A stretch of 64,000 nucleotides of DNA from positions 234,486,001-234,550,000 of the forward strand of contig CM097885.1 in NCBI GenBank assembly GCA_044892525.1, read 5' to 3'. Below are positions 49,688 through 61,056 of this stretch, piece by piece. A model generated the notes under the pieces. The model was not told where the DNA came from. It did not search any database and was given only the letters and a program-made list of their open reading frames with translations. The first letter of the stretch is position 1. Each line of letters opens with the position of its first letter. Source of the DNA: Schmidtea polychroa. Lineage: Eukaryota. The position numbers and the translations under genes are program-made.

Positions 49688-50018
49688 TTTTATTTTTTCG
49701 ATAATTTTCAATACTTATCAATTTTCTAACAAAATGGTATATTCTTGATAAATAATCATTTGCTGAATCCGTATTTTCTACGAGGAGTTTAATTTCAAAA
49801 TACTAATCATTCAAATAATAATTGCGCTCAATTATATACAATTTTGTCGAATAGTCGTGTCAATTGATTTGATAATAAATTTTGATGTACTAATGTAATA
49901 TTAGTTAACATGTTTTGTTCAAATCTTATATAGTCAATTTCTAATGGATCTAATATCGTATCATCTCAAATTCTTGGAATGGAATATCAACACCATCTTC
50001 AGTCACAGTTAAATCTCG

Positions 50019-50603
50019 TCAAAATACATCGGAAATAAAAGATGTATACAGAGCTTTTTTGCGGATATTGGTCATTAAATTATCTTTAAATTTATCTTCA
50101 ATAAAAGAACCAATTATCCTCTCAATAATTTCTTCATTTTTTTCATTAATTATCAATTTTCTAATTAAATGGTATATTTTTGTTAAATAATCTGATGCTG
50201 AATCGGTATTTTCAACGAGTATTTTAATTCCGAAAAAACTAGTATTCAAATAATCATTGAGCACAATTATATATTTTTTAAAATTTGCAAAAGGAGAATT
50301 TCGATTACGTGCTTTGATACTATTTAATATATATTCCAAATCCACAGGTGTTTTTCTTATATATTTTATCAGTTTGCGGTTGATATTTCTAATACAGAAT
50401 CTAAAACGAAGTTTATAAAATTCTTGTTTCAGATTAAATAATCTCATATAATCTATAAATAAATCCAATTCAAGTCTGTCAAGCGGGCAATGAGTATAAT
50501 CATTTAACCAATGTAAGAAACAATTAGTACAAAACGAATGGTTACAGCCAGTAGTTATAAACAATTCAATAGCTAATTCATCGTAGCAAACAGTACATTC
50601 CAT
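50019..50603 (-). CDS. RING-finger protein, L203* variant (194 aa; S77F, F184L)
   Basis: TTA changed to TGA; ORF track. Confidence 0.6.
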   Translation of the reverse strand: MECTVCYDELAIELFITTGCNHSFCTNCFLHWLNDYTHCPLDRLELDLFIDYMRLFNLKQEFYKLRFRFCIRNINRKLIKYIRKTPVDLEYILNSIKARNRNSPFANFKKYIIVLNDYLNTSFFGIKILVENTDSASDYLTKIYHLIRKLIINEKNEEIIERIIGSFIEDKFKDNLMTNIRKKALYTSFISDVF

Positions 50604-50934
50604 TTTTATTTTTTCGATAATTTTCAATACTTATCAATTTTCTAACAAAATGGTATATTCTTGATAAATAATCATTTGCTGAATCCGTATTTTCTACGAG
50701 GAGTTTAATTTCAAAATACTAATCATTCAAATAATAATTGCGCTCAATTATATACAATTTTGTCGAATAGTCGTGTCAATTGATTTGATAATAAATTTTG
50801 ATGTACTAATGTAATATTAGTTAACATGTTTTGTTCAAATCTTATATAGTCAATTTCTAATGGATCTAATATCGTATCATCTCAAATTCTTGGAATGGAA
50901 TATCAACACCATCTTCAGTCACAGTTAAATCTCG

Positions 50935-51519
50935 TCAAAATACATCGGAAATAAAAGATGTATACAGAGCTTTTTTGCGGATATTGGTCATTAAATTATC
51001 TTTAAATTTATCTTCAATAAAAGAACCAATTATCCTCTCAATAATTTCTTCATTTTTTTCATTAATTATCAATTTTCTAATTAAATGGTATATTTTTGTT
51101 AAATAATCTGATGCTGAATCGGTATTTTCAACGAGTATTTTAATTCCGAAAAAACTAGTATTCAAATAATCATTGAGCACAATTATATATTTTTTAAAAT
51201 TTGCAAAAGGAGAATTTCGATTACGTGCTTTGATACTATTTAATATATATTCCAAATCCACAGGTGTTTTTCTTATATATTTTATCAGTTTGCGGTTGAT
51301 ATTTCTAATACAGAATCTAAAACGAAGTTTATAAAATTCTTGTTTCAGATTAAATAATCTCATATAATCTATAAATAAATCCAATTCAAGTCTGTCAAGC
51401 GGGCAATGAGTATAATCATTTAACCAATGTAAGAAACAATTAGTACAAAACGAATGGTTACAGCCAGTAGTTATAAACAATTCAATAGCTAATTCATCGT
51501 AGCAAACAGTACATTCCAT
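50935..51519 (-). CDS. RING-finger protein, L203* variant (194 aa; S77F, F184L)
   Basis: TTA changed to TGA; ORF track. Confidence 0.6.
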   Translation of the reverse strand: MECTVCYDELAIELFITTGCNHSFCTNCFLHWLNDYTHCPLDRLELDLFIDYMRLFNLKQEFYKLRFRFCIRNINRKLIKYIRKTPVDLEYILNSIKARNRNSPFANFKKYIIVLNDYLNTSFFGIKILVENTDSASDYLTKIYHLIRKLIINEKNEEIIERIIGSFIEDKFKDNLMTNIRKKALYTSFISDVF

Positions 51520-51781
51520 TTTTATTTTTTCGATAATTTTCAATACTTATCAATTTTCTAACAAAATGGTATATTCTTGATAAATAATCATTTGCTGAAT
51601 CCGTATTTTCTACGAGGAGTTTAATTTCAAAATACTAATCATTCAAATAATAATTGCGCTCAATTATATACAATTTTGTCGAATAGTCGTGTCAATTGAT
51701 TTGATAATAAATTTTGATGTACTAATGTAATATTAGTTAACATGTTTTGTTCAAATCTTATATAGTCAATTTTTAATGGAT

Positions 51782-52435
51782 CTAATATCGTATCATCTCA
51801 AATTCTTGGAATGGAATATCAACACCATCTTTAGTCACAGTTAAATCTCGTAAAAATACATCGGAAATAAAAGATGTATACAGAGCTTTTTTGCGGATAT
51901 TGGTCATAAAATTATCTTTAAATTTATCTTCAATAAAAGAACCAATTATCCTTTCAATAATTTCTTCATTTTTTTCATTAATTATCAATTTTCTAATTAA
52001 ATGGTATATTTTTGTTAAATAATCTGATGCTGAATCGGTATTTTCAACGAGTATTTTAATTCCGAAAAAACTAGTATTCAAATAATCATTGAGCACAATT
52101 ATATATTTTTTAAAATTTGCAAAAGGAGAATTTCGATTACGTGCTTTGATACTATTTAATATATATTCCAAATCCACAGGTGTTTTTCTTATATATTTTA
52201 TCAGTTTGCGGTTGATATTTCTAATACAGGATCTAAAACGAAGTTTATAAAATTCTTGTTTCAGATTAAATAATCTCATATAATCTATAAATAAATCCAA
52301 TTCAAGTCTGTCAAGCGGGCAATGAGTATAATCATTTAACCAATGTAAGAAACAATTAGTACAAAACGAATGGTTACAGCCAGTAGTTATAAACAATTCA
52401 ATAGCTAATTCATCGTAGCAAACAGTACATTCCAT
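51782..52435 (-). CDS. RING-finger protein (217 aa; E210K)
   Basis: RING motif; ORF track. Confidence 0.7.
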   Translation of the reverse strand: MECTVCYDELAIELFITTGCNHSFCTNCFLHWLNDYTHCPLDRLELDLFIDYMRLFNLKQEFYKLRFRSCIRNINRKLIKYIRKTPVDLEYILNSIKARNRNSPFANFKKYIIVLNDYLNTSFFGIKILVENTDSASDYLTKIYHLIRKLIINEKNEEIIERIIGSFIEDKFKDNFMTNIRKKALYTSFISDVFLRDLTVTKDGVDIPFQEFEMIRY

Positions 52436-53880
52436 TTTTATTTTTTCGATAATTTTCAATACTTATCAATTTTCTAACAAAATGGTATATTCTTGATAAA
52501 TAATCATTTGCTGAATCCGTATTTTCTACGAGGAGTTTAATTTCAAAATACTAATCATTCAAATAATAATTGCGCTCAATTATATACTTTTTAACATTTG
52601 CAAACGGTGAATTTCTATTACTCGTGTTGATAGTATTTACTATATATTTCAAATCCAAAGTCGCTTATATTATATATTTAAGCAATTTACAGCTTAAAGT
52701 TTAATTACAACTTCTAAAGCATGATTTATAAAATTCATGTTTTAAATTAATTAATCTTATATTATATATAAATAAACCATTCTTCATTAATAAATCAAAT
52801 TCAATTCTGTCTAATGGACAATTAGAATGTCTTTCTAACCAACTTATTAAACAATTACTACAATAAACATGGTTACAACCAGTAGTTATAGTTGAATTTA
52901 TTTTTTTTGCGGATATTATTCATGTAAATGTCTTTAAAATATAATTGGTCTTCAATAAAAGAAGTAATTATCTTTTGAATAACTAACTATTAGCTGATAG
53001 ATAGTTTAATTTCTATGATGTGGTATGTAAACGCTACTCATATATTCGTTTTACAATATATTTCGACAGTTTTTCTATCATCATCAGATAAAATAGAAAA
53101 ACTAAAAGAATTTACTAAGTTTCATTCTTTAAAAGAATGAAAAAATTATCTTTTCTTCAACACAAATTTTAAGAAAACAAATATCTAATTCCTTTCTATA
53201 AAGTGCAAAATATGTCGGCATGAGTCTTTTGTTGAAATTTATTAATAGAATTCATTTTATAATAATGATATAGTGCTTCTACCCAATAGACAATTTGGAT
53301 TTACCAATAACCAAGATAATAAACAACCACTGCAAAACTTATGATTGCAAAGATTTATTGTTACGGAATTATGAATATCATTATAATAAATTTTAATGAA
53401 CAGAAAAATTGGTATCTAACGAATATTGTTCAAGGTTATAAAATCGATCAGAATGATGTCCTTACTCCAATTTGAAAAATTTCACAATTATTTTAATATA
53501 TGCTTAATGAATGTTAATAAATGTATTTAATTATATTTGTGTTTGTCTTTTCTTTCAAATAATAAAAATAATTTGTCAATTTTTAACAAAAAATTACAAA
53601 ATGAACATTTTATAATTATAAAATACTTTTAATATAATATAATATAAATTAAAACATAATATATCTTTTATATAATATTTTAATATCAATTATAAAATAA
53701 TTTAATAAAAAGATTGACTATGAATCAGTAAATACTTTTTTATTTACTGATTCAATGTCAATATTTTTAATAAATACAATAGTAATGGAAAATAAATCAA
53801 TAGTGAAATTTGTAAGAAAAGTTCTTATAATATTATAAAATAATTCAAAATAAATAATGGTTAACTAAATAAATAATGTG

Positions 53881-54547
53881 TTAACTGAGGATTGACTTTC
53901 CAAACTTTTATCATCCGATAGAAGAAAAACAGTTTATAATTTTGACTGGCTTTGCAGATCAATTAACTACATTTGTAACATAGCAATTACAGGTGGTGCT
54001 TTACTGGGATTAACATTAAAAGGCGACGGTAATATTTCAAAGTATGTGCTTTCATTGGATATTGAATCAAATACTTCTACCGATGTTTTGAAAAAATCCA
54101 ACATAATCGCCATCATTTCTTTGTTTTGATGAGCAAAATTTATTTAGTTCATCAATAAGTCACGCATAATTATTTCTCAATTGATTTTGAAAAGATGTAA
54201 TTTAAGGATTACAACTTTCAGCAATCAGCTTATTTTCTCATGGAGTTTTAAATTCAAATTATTGAGATGGCCAGTCATGTCTACAAGAAAATATAAATCT
54301 CAATACTAATTATCATCCGATAGATCGAATAAAATTAATGGTTTAATATAAACACACATTAACTGTTCCATTTTTAACACTTGCTTGTACAAACTCTCTT
54401 AATAAAATGATGCAATGAAATATGTACAACTGATCAATTTATATATTTCACCTTCACATAGTTTTGTATCATTCGCCATACTACGGTCACGATCAGTAGC
54501 AATTAAATATGAAGTTGATAGATCTAAATAATTTTCAACAAAACTAT
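53881..54547 (-). mobile_element. Decayed hAT transposase, spacer copy 3
   Basis: Near-identical to 11367-12033. Confidence 0.85.
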
Positions 54548-57500
54548 TTCAAAACGCATAAAATTATAATATTTTCAATATTTTTAAAATTTTAAAATTT
54601 GCATAACATATGCATATTATATGACAATACATTATTTGATATGTCATAAAACGGAAATTTGTTTCTTTTTTATTCACTATATAGATTCCAATATTATAAC
54701 AGAATAAGGATTTTAATAATTTTTGAAAATATTTAAAAAATAATAATTAAAATGTGCAGAACAAAATACTAAGACTTTATATCATGTTTGAAAAAATCAA
54801 ACTTTTTATTCATGTTTAAAAATTTGAAAAATAAAATAATGCAAATTATGATTAATAATATAAAATCAATTATATAATGTAATTATGCATACAAAAAATT
54901 GTCCAGTGAAAATAACTTAAATAATTTAATGGATTCTGATTGGTTCAGAATGATTTGCAAGTTTCTGTATAAAATAGATGCAAAATAAAAAAATCATTTC
55001 TATAAAACGAAATAAAAGTGAGTTAATTTGCTACATACATAATCTTTCATAACTTTATTTTCTATAAATATATGTTTGAAAGGATGTTATCAAGTTAAGT
55101 TTTGATACTATCAGTTTAATTAGGAACCCTTTTAATACAAGTTATACATCACTGAATGTAATATTTAAGGATTACAATTACATATTCATTTAAAATATAT
55201 ATTTCTAATTTAAATTAATATTATGAAACTAATTACTAGGAACCAACAACTTTAAAACAAATATTATATAATATACCAGTTGAAAAATTCAAGATATCAA
55301 TCGAAAAATATTTTTGAAAATATTTTTGGCAATCAATAATCAAATTCAAATAAATGTAAATGTATCATTTATGAATTGTGTAAAGGATAGTATTTGATAA
55401 AGTTAATGAAATGAATAAGTGATTAGGATAAAATTCAAAGTTTAAAAAATTAAATCATTCTATTAAATTCATTTTGAAAAATTACTGAATCAAATAATTA
55501 TTTTAAATTAAAATTAATTTTATAAAATCTTAAACTTTCTTTAATTTATGTAATTATGCAAAGATAATTTTTTTTGAACTCTTATCATTATAAATTAAAA
55601 GTCGTATATTTGATTAATTATTTCATTTTTATTTAATTATTTAATTTGAAGTTTTTTTAAATTTACTGTTTATCTTTAAAAAATTAAATTTTAAATTTTA
55701 TTATTTTCCATTTTTTAAATATAAATTAATTAATTTTCAGACAGTGATTTCAAAATGAAGTGCATTCCGTTATATATGCTCTGAAATGTATGAAATTACA
55801 AATTAAAAACGAGTTTTTAAAAGAAAGTTACACATTAAAATTACATGATAATTAATACATTCATTTAAGTTAGATTGATACACACAATCCTCTTAAAAAC
55901 GTAATCTTCTTAAATTACACATTATTTTTTAGGATAATTTTATAAGAAAGTTCAAAAAACAGTGCTATAATTCACGAATTAATTAAGTTTTATAAAATAC
56001 ATTACCTTATTTAAAATCTATTCCCTTAATTTACTATTTCAATAAATATAACTATAATTTCTCAGTCGATATCTTTTCTTAAAAATAAACTACTTATTTT
56101 AAATTATTTCCCTAATTTCAAATACTTTTTTTACTTAAATTTGATAAATACACATCTTTTTTAATCAGTCCATACAATTATTTTCCAACATAAAATTCCT
56201 GATACTTTATTTATCTATAAAAGATTATGCACAAAAATATGTGAAACTATAATGAAACCTATAGAAGTTATCGAGACTAAAATAATAAGGCTTATTATTA
56301 TTAAAGCTTATTAATCCAGAAAATTTACTCACAAAAATATTTAAATTTTTTTCATTCAGAATTTTAAACTTTTTAAAAATTACATAAACATTTTCATTTA
56401 AAAATATTTTTTAGGCTTTTCAATTAAGACATATTACTTAAAATACAGTGATTGAATATTTTTTGAATTATTGTAAACCTAACTTTCGAATAACTTAACT
56501 ATTAAAAATACAGTTTTAATATGATATTCGATATTATTATTATTTACAAAATCTTTATAATAATATCAAATACAAAAAAATTCAAAAATTGAATTTTTAT
56601 TAATATCTTCTAGCTTTATTAATATATTCTGGTCACCTTTTTACAATTTCAATAATTTCTTTGAATTTTTATTTAAAGCTTGTAGTAGGTAGAGTATTGA
56701 CTTACTGTAGAGATTAAAAAATTTTAAATTACTTTTTTAAAAGTATGATGAAATAAAATTTAGAATTTAAAAATAACAAAAAAGAATTGTAATTCTTTTT
56801 ACTTTTGTTATCATGTTAATAAAAATTATTACGGTTTGTTATTGTTGTTATGTAATTGTTTTGTTTTTTATTGTAATAAAATTATAATAAAGTCATAATA
56901 TATTACCTACACAACATTCGCGCCAGCTGTCCAGAAAACGTTTTAAAGAAGACTCAGATGGCTCAACAGATTTGTTAACTACATTTTTATAATATAACAA
57001 TTAAGAACCATACATACATTTTTATTGATTGTTTTATTAAAATAAAATGTAAATATTTATACTAAATGAATTAGCACCTGCACGTAAAGGAATATTTTTC
57101 AATAAAAAGTAATAAATATTTAGAGGTTTACATCTCGACTCAAAGTCGGTAGAATCATACATTTCCAATTATATTGAATATTTAACTTTTAAATACGCTA
57201 AATATATTTTCATTTGATCAATATTTAAAAACTTAAAACATGAAATTAATTGAGTAAAGAAATCTGTTTACAATTTAAAAATATTGAATATTAAATTAAA
57301 TAAAATTTTTTAATGAGAGAAACATTATATTAAATATATTTTTCAAAAACTTTCAAACTAAAATGCAATTAATAAATTTAACAAGTTTATGTTTTATATT
57401 AAATAAATAGTATAAATAGAACTGCAAAACTCTTTGAAATGAAGAGTAAAATAATATAATATTAATAAAAATTATAAATTATATATATTAAAATTGCTAT

Positions 57501-59216
57501 TAAAAATGTTAAAAAATGTTATATAACATCAGATATTCAGAAAATTATAATCAGCTATTTTATTGAAACAATAATTTTGAAACATGAAGTCAATTTTATT
57601 GAATTAAATTAAATTTAATCAAATTTACATATTCAATAATATACTCAGAATTACTAAAATTTAATTTTTGTAAAACTCGTAAACTAAAAAATTGATATTT
57701 AAAAAAAATTTAAATAAAAATAAAAACAGATATAGAAAATTAGGAATCTCAGATTAAATATTGCTAAAAGTTATAATTTTCCAGTTTATTTAAATATTAA
57801 TGTAATTGAAATCGTTTGATTATACTTAAATAAAATTTGTTGATACTTACCGAGTCTCATGTAAAAATTGTAATGTGACAATATGGAATTCATCGTAAAT
57901 GTATTATATATGAGAAATGTGTTTATACAAGTCTCGATAAATATAAAAATTCTATAGAAATTCTACAAAACTTACAGTATTTTTATCATTAACCTGTATT
58001 AAAAAAGATATGAAACTTCTTTAATAATTAATCCGTAAAGATAATTTAATAAGATAATTTTGTGGCCAATAGTAGCCTCAATAGTTCTTGAATGATGATT
58101 TTAACGGTAGTTACTAATGACTGTGTACCATTTGTAGATTAAAACAATTACCAAATAGATCATGTATATGTTGTGAATAATATAATCAAATGATAGAATC
58201 TTGAAATTATGTCTCTAGAATTTGGTTATTTATTGTTTTCGATATATTTTTATTTCAATTTTTAATCATTTTTTGAAACTTATATCCCTACATTTGATTT
58301 CTGAAATCTTCCAAATAGTGAATTGATACATTTTTAACAATTTCTTAAAAGATCAAATTATTTCTGTTTTTACGTGGATTGAATGTGATAGTCAAGGAAG
58401 GAAAAATAATTGTAATAATATAAAATTTACATAATTCAAACATATTTACAAAAAAGATGTCACCAGAATAGATGATTTTATTTTAAATAAAAACTTTTCT
58501 TTTAATTATTAAAATGAAATCTGAACAATTGTAATATGTGATAACTAATATAAAAAATTCTAATTTAATAAATTCTAAATTTATAAATTTAAATAAAATA
58601 ATTTAAAATTTCACCAAATGAAAAATAAATTAAATTTAAAAATATATAATAAAAATCTAAATTAAAAAAATCTTTAAATAAAGTTTTAAAAAAATATTTG
58701 TTTAAATAATAAACTAAGAGGTTGTATATAATTATTTTCAATTTGAATTGAACAATTGAATTGAAAATTAATGAATTTTTTCCTATTTTTTCATAAAAGC
58801 ACTATGTTTATATCAAGAGAAAAAAATAATATATTTAAAACCAAATCGATTCTCGTTCGTCATCATCCACTTCATTTCTCCTCATGGTCGTGATAAAGAT
58901 GTCATCTTCATATTTTGACTAAGAATCTATGATATATTAAATTAATCCTTGTTACTTGAGAATGAAACAAATAATTTCTTTTTTAGCCATTTTAATATGG
59001 CTGTTTTTTTTGTTCAATATTTTTAGTAATAAGTTCCTTTCTTTTTTCTCAATTATTGTAAGAAAATCCTTTAAGGATAGTAGCTGATAGATAGTTTAAT
59101 TCATATGATGCGGTATGTAAACGCTACTCATACATTCGTTTTACAATATATTTCGACAGTTTTTCTATCATCCTCAGGAAAAATAGAAAAACTAAATAAT
59201 TTAAGATTTTTGAACA

Positions 59217-59293
59217 ATCACAGGGATATCACAGAGATATCACAGAGATATCACAGAGATATCACAGAGATATCACAGAGATATCACAGAGAT
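59217..59293. repeat. 11-bp minisatellite x7
   Basis: Read directly. Confidence 0.95.
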
Positions 59294-59858
59294 TAATGGA
59301 TTGTGCGAGCAAAGCGTTCTTAGTGATTTCTGAAATTTTATCTTCGGTGTGCATCATGTTGTTCGTCATTATCCGCTTCTTTTCTGCTCTTGGTCGTGAT
59401 AAAGATATCATCTACATATTTTTCGTAGGAATCTATGATATATTAATTATTCCTTGTTACTTGAAAATGATACAAGTGTTTTCTTTTTTAGCCATTTTAA
59501 TATGGCTGTTTTTCTGTTCAATATGTTTAAATAATAAGTTCCTTTCTTTTTTCTTAATCATTTTGTGGCAACTCTTTATGGAGATTAGCTGATAGATATT
59601 TTAATTCCTTTTAATGTGGTATAAAAACGCTACTCAAACATTTGTTTTACAATATATTTCGACAGTTTTTCTATCATCATCAGATAAAATAGAAAAACTA
59701 AATGAATTTACTAAGTTTCATTTTAAAAAAAAATGAAAGAATTATCTTTTCTTCGACACAAATTTTAATAAAACAAATATCTAATTCCTTTCTTTAAAGT
59801 TCAAAATATGTCGTCATGAGTCTTTTGAATATTGTTTCTTGTTTCGAATAATATTGTA

Positions 59859-60266
59859 TTATCTAAATATAAACCAATTTTGTTCGAGCTTATCTTTCAA
59901 AACATCATCCCAAGTTATTTGCTCGATCAACAATCTTATCATTCGAGTTATTTGTAATAAACCACCGATATCTTCTAGATTTAAAATATTATCAACAATA
60001 AATTGTATATTTCCCAAATATACTAAATATTGGTTATTATAATTCAACAAACATATTTCCATTAACTCGTATTCAAAACCTAAATAAATCGCTAATTTTT
60101 TTCTTGTTTCTATTATTATTTTATCATCTAAAAATAAGTCAATTTTGTCGAATAGTCGTGTCAATTGATTTGATAATAAATTTTGAATTACTAATGTTAT
60201 ATTAGTTAACATGTTTTGTTCAAATCTTATATAGTCAATTTCTAATGGATCTAATATCGTATCATC
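59859..60266 (-). pseudogene. Probable frameshifted 3' half of the RING gene (117-aa ORF, 3 aa differences)
   Basis: As 17311-17718. Confidence 0.65.
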
Positions 60267-61056
60267 TCAAATTCTTGGAATGGAATATCAACACCATCTT
60301 CAGTCACAGTTAAATCTCGTAAAAATACATCGGAAATAAAAGATGTATAGAGAGCTTTTTTGCGGATATTGGTCATTAAATTATCTTTAAATTTATCTTC
60401 AATAAAAGAACCAATTATCCTTTCAATAATTTCTTCATTTTTTTCATTAATTATCAATTTTCTAATTAAATGGTATATAATTTGTTAAATAATCTGATGC
60501 TGAATCGGTATTTTCAACGAGTATTTTAATTCCGAAAAAACTAGTATTCAAATAATCATTGAGCACAATTATATATTTTTTAAAATTTGCAAAAGGAGAA
60601 TTTCGATTACGTGCTTTGATACTATTTAATATATATTCCAAATCCACAGGTGTTTTTCTTATATATTTTATCAGTTTGCGGTTGATATTTCTAATACAGG
60701 ATCTAAAACGAAGTTTATAAAATTCTTGTTTCAGATTAAATAATCTCATATAATCTATAAATAAATCCAATTCAAGTCTGTCAAGCGGGCAATGAGTATA
60801 ATCATTTAACCAATGTAAGAAACAATTAGTACAAAACGAATGGTTACAGCCAGTAGTTATAAACAATTCAATAGCTAATTCATCGTAGCAAACAGTACAT
60901 TCCATTTTTATTTTTTCGATAATTTTCAATACTTATCAATTTTCTAACAAAATGGTATATTCTTGATAAATAATCATTTGCTGAATCCGTATTTTCTACG
61001 AGGAGTTTAATTTCAAAATACTAATCATTCAAATAATAATTGCGCTCAATTATATA
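60140..61056. repeat. Array 4: single 917-bp unit (unexpanded state)
   Basis: One unit between two spacers; carries a 1-bp insertion. Confidence 0.95.
60251..60905 (-). pseudogene. RING-finger copy with 1-bp frameshift at ~60479
   Basis: GGTATATAATTTG vs GGTATATTTTTG; split into the 155-aa and 68-aa ORFs of the track. Confidence 0.85.

Larger units (their letters stand above)
34267..52586. repeat. Array 3: 20 tandem 916-bp RING-gene units
   Basis: ORF starts spaced exactly 916 bp from 35055 to 52459. Confidence 0.98.
52587..60139. repeat. 7,553-bp spacer, copy 3
   Basis: Same sequence plus 3 extra 11-bp minisatellite units, 1 extra A and scattered SNPs. Confidence 0.97.

Noticed and set aside
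59105..59296. 63-aa ORF with HRDITEISQRY repeats
   Set aside because: Reaches the length cut-off only because of the 33-bp minisatellite gain
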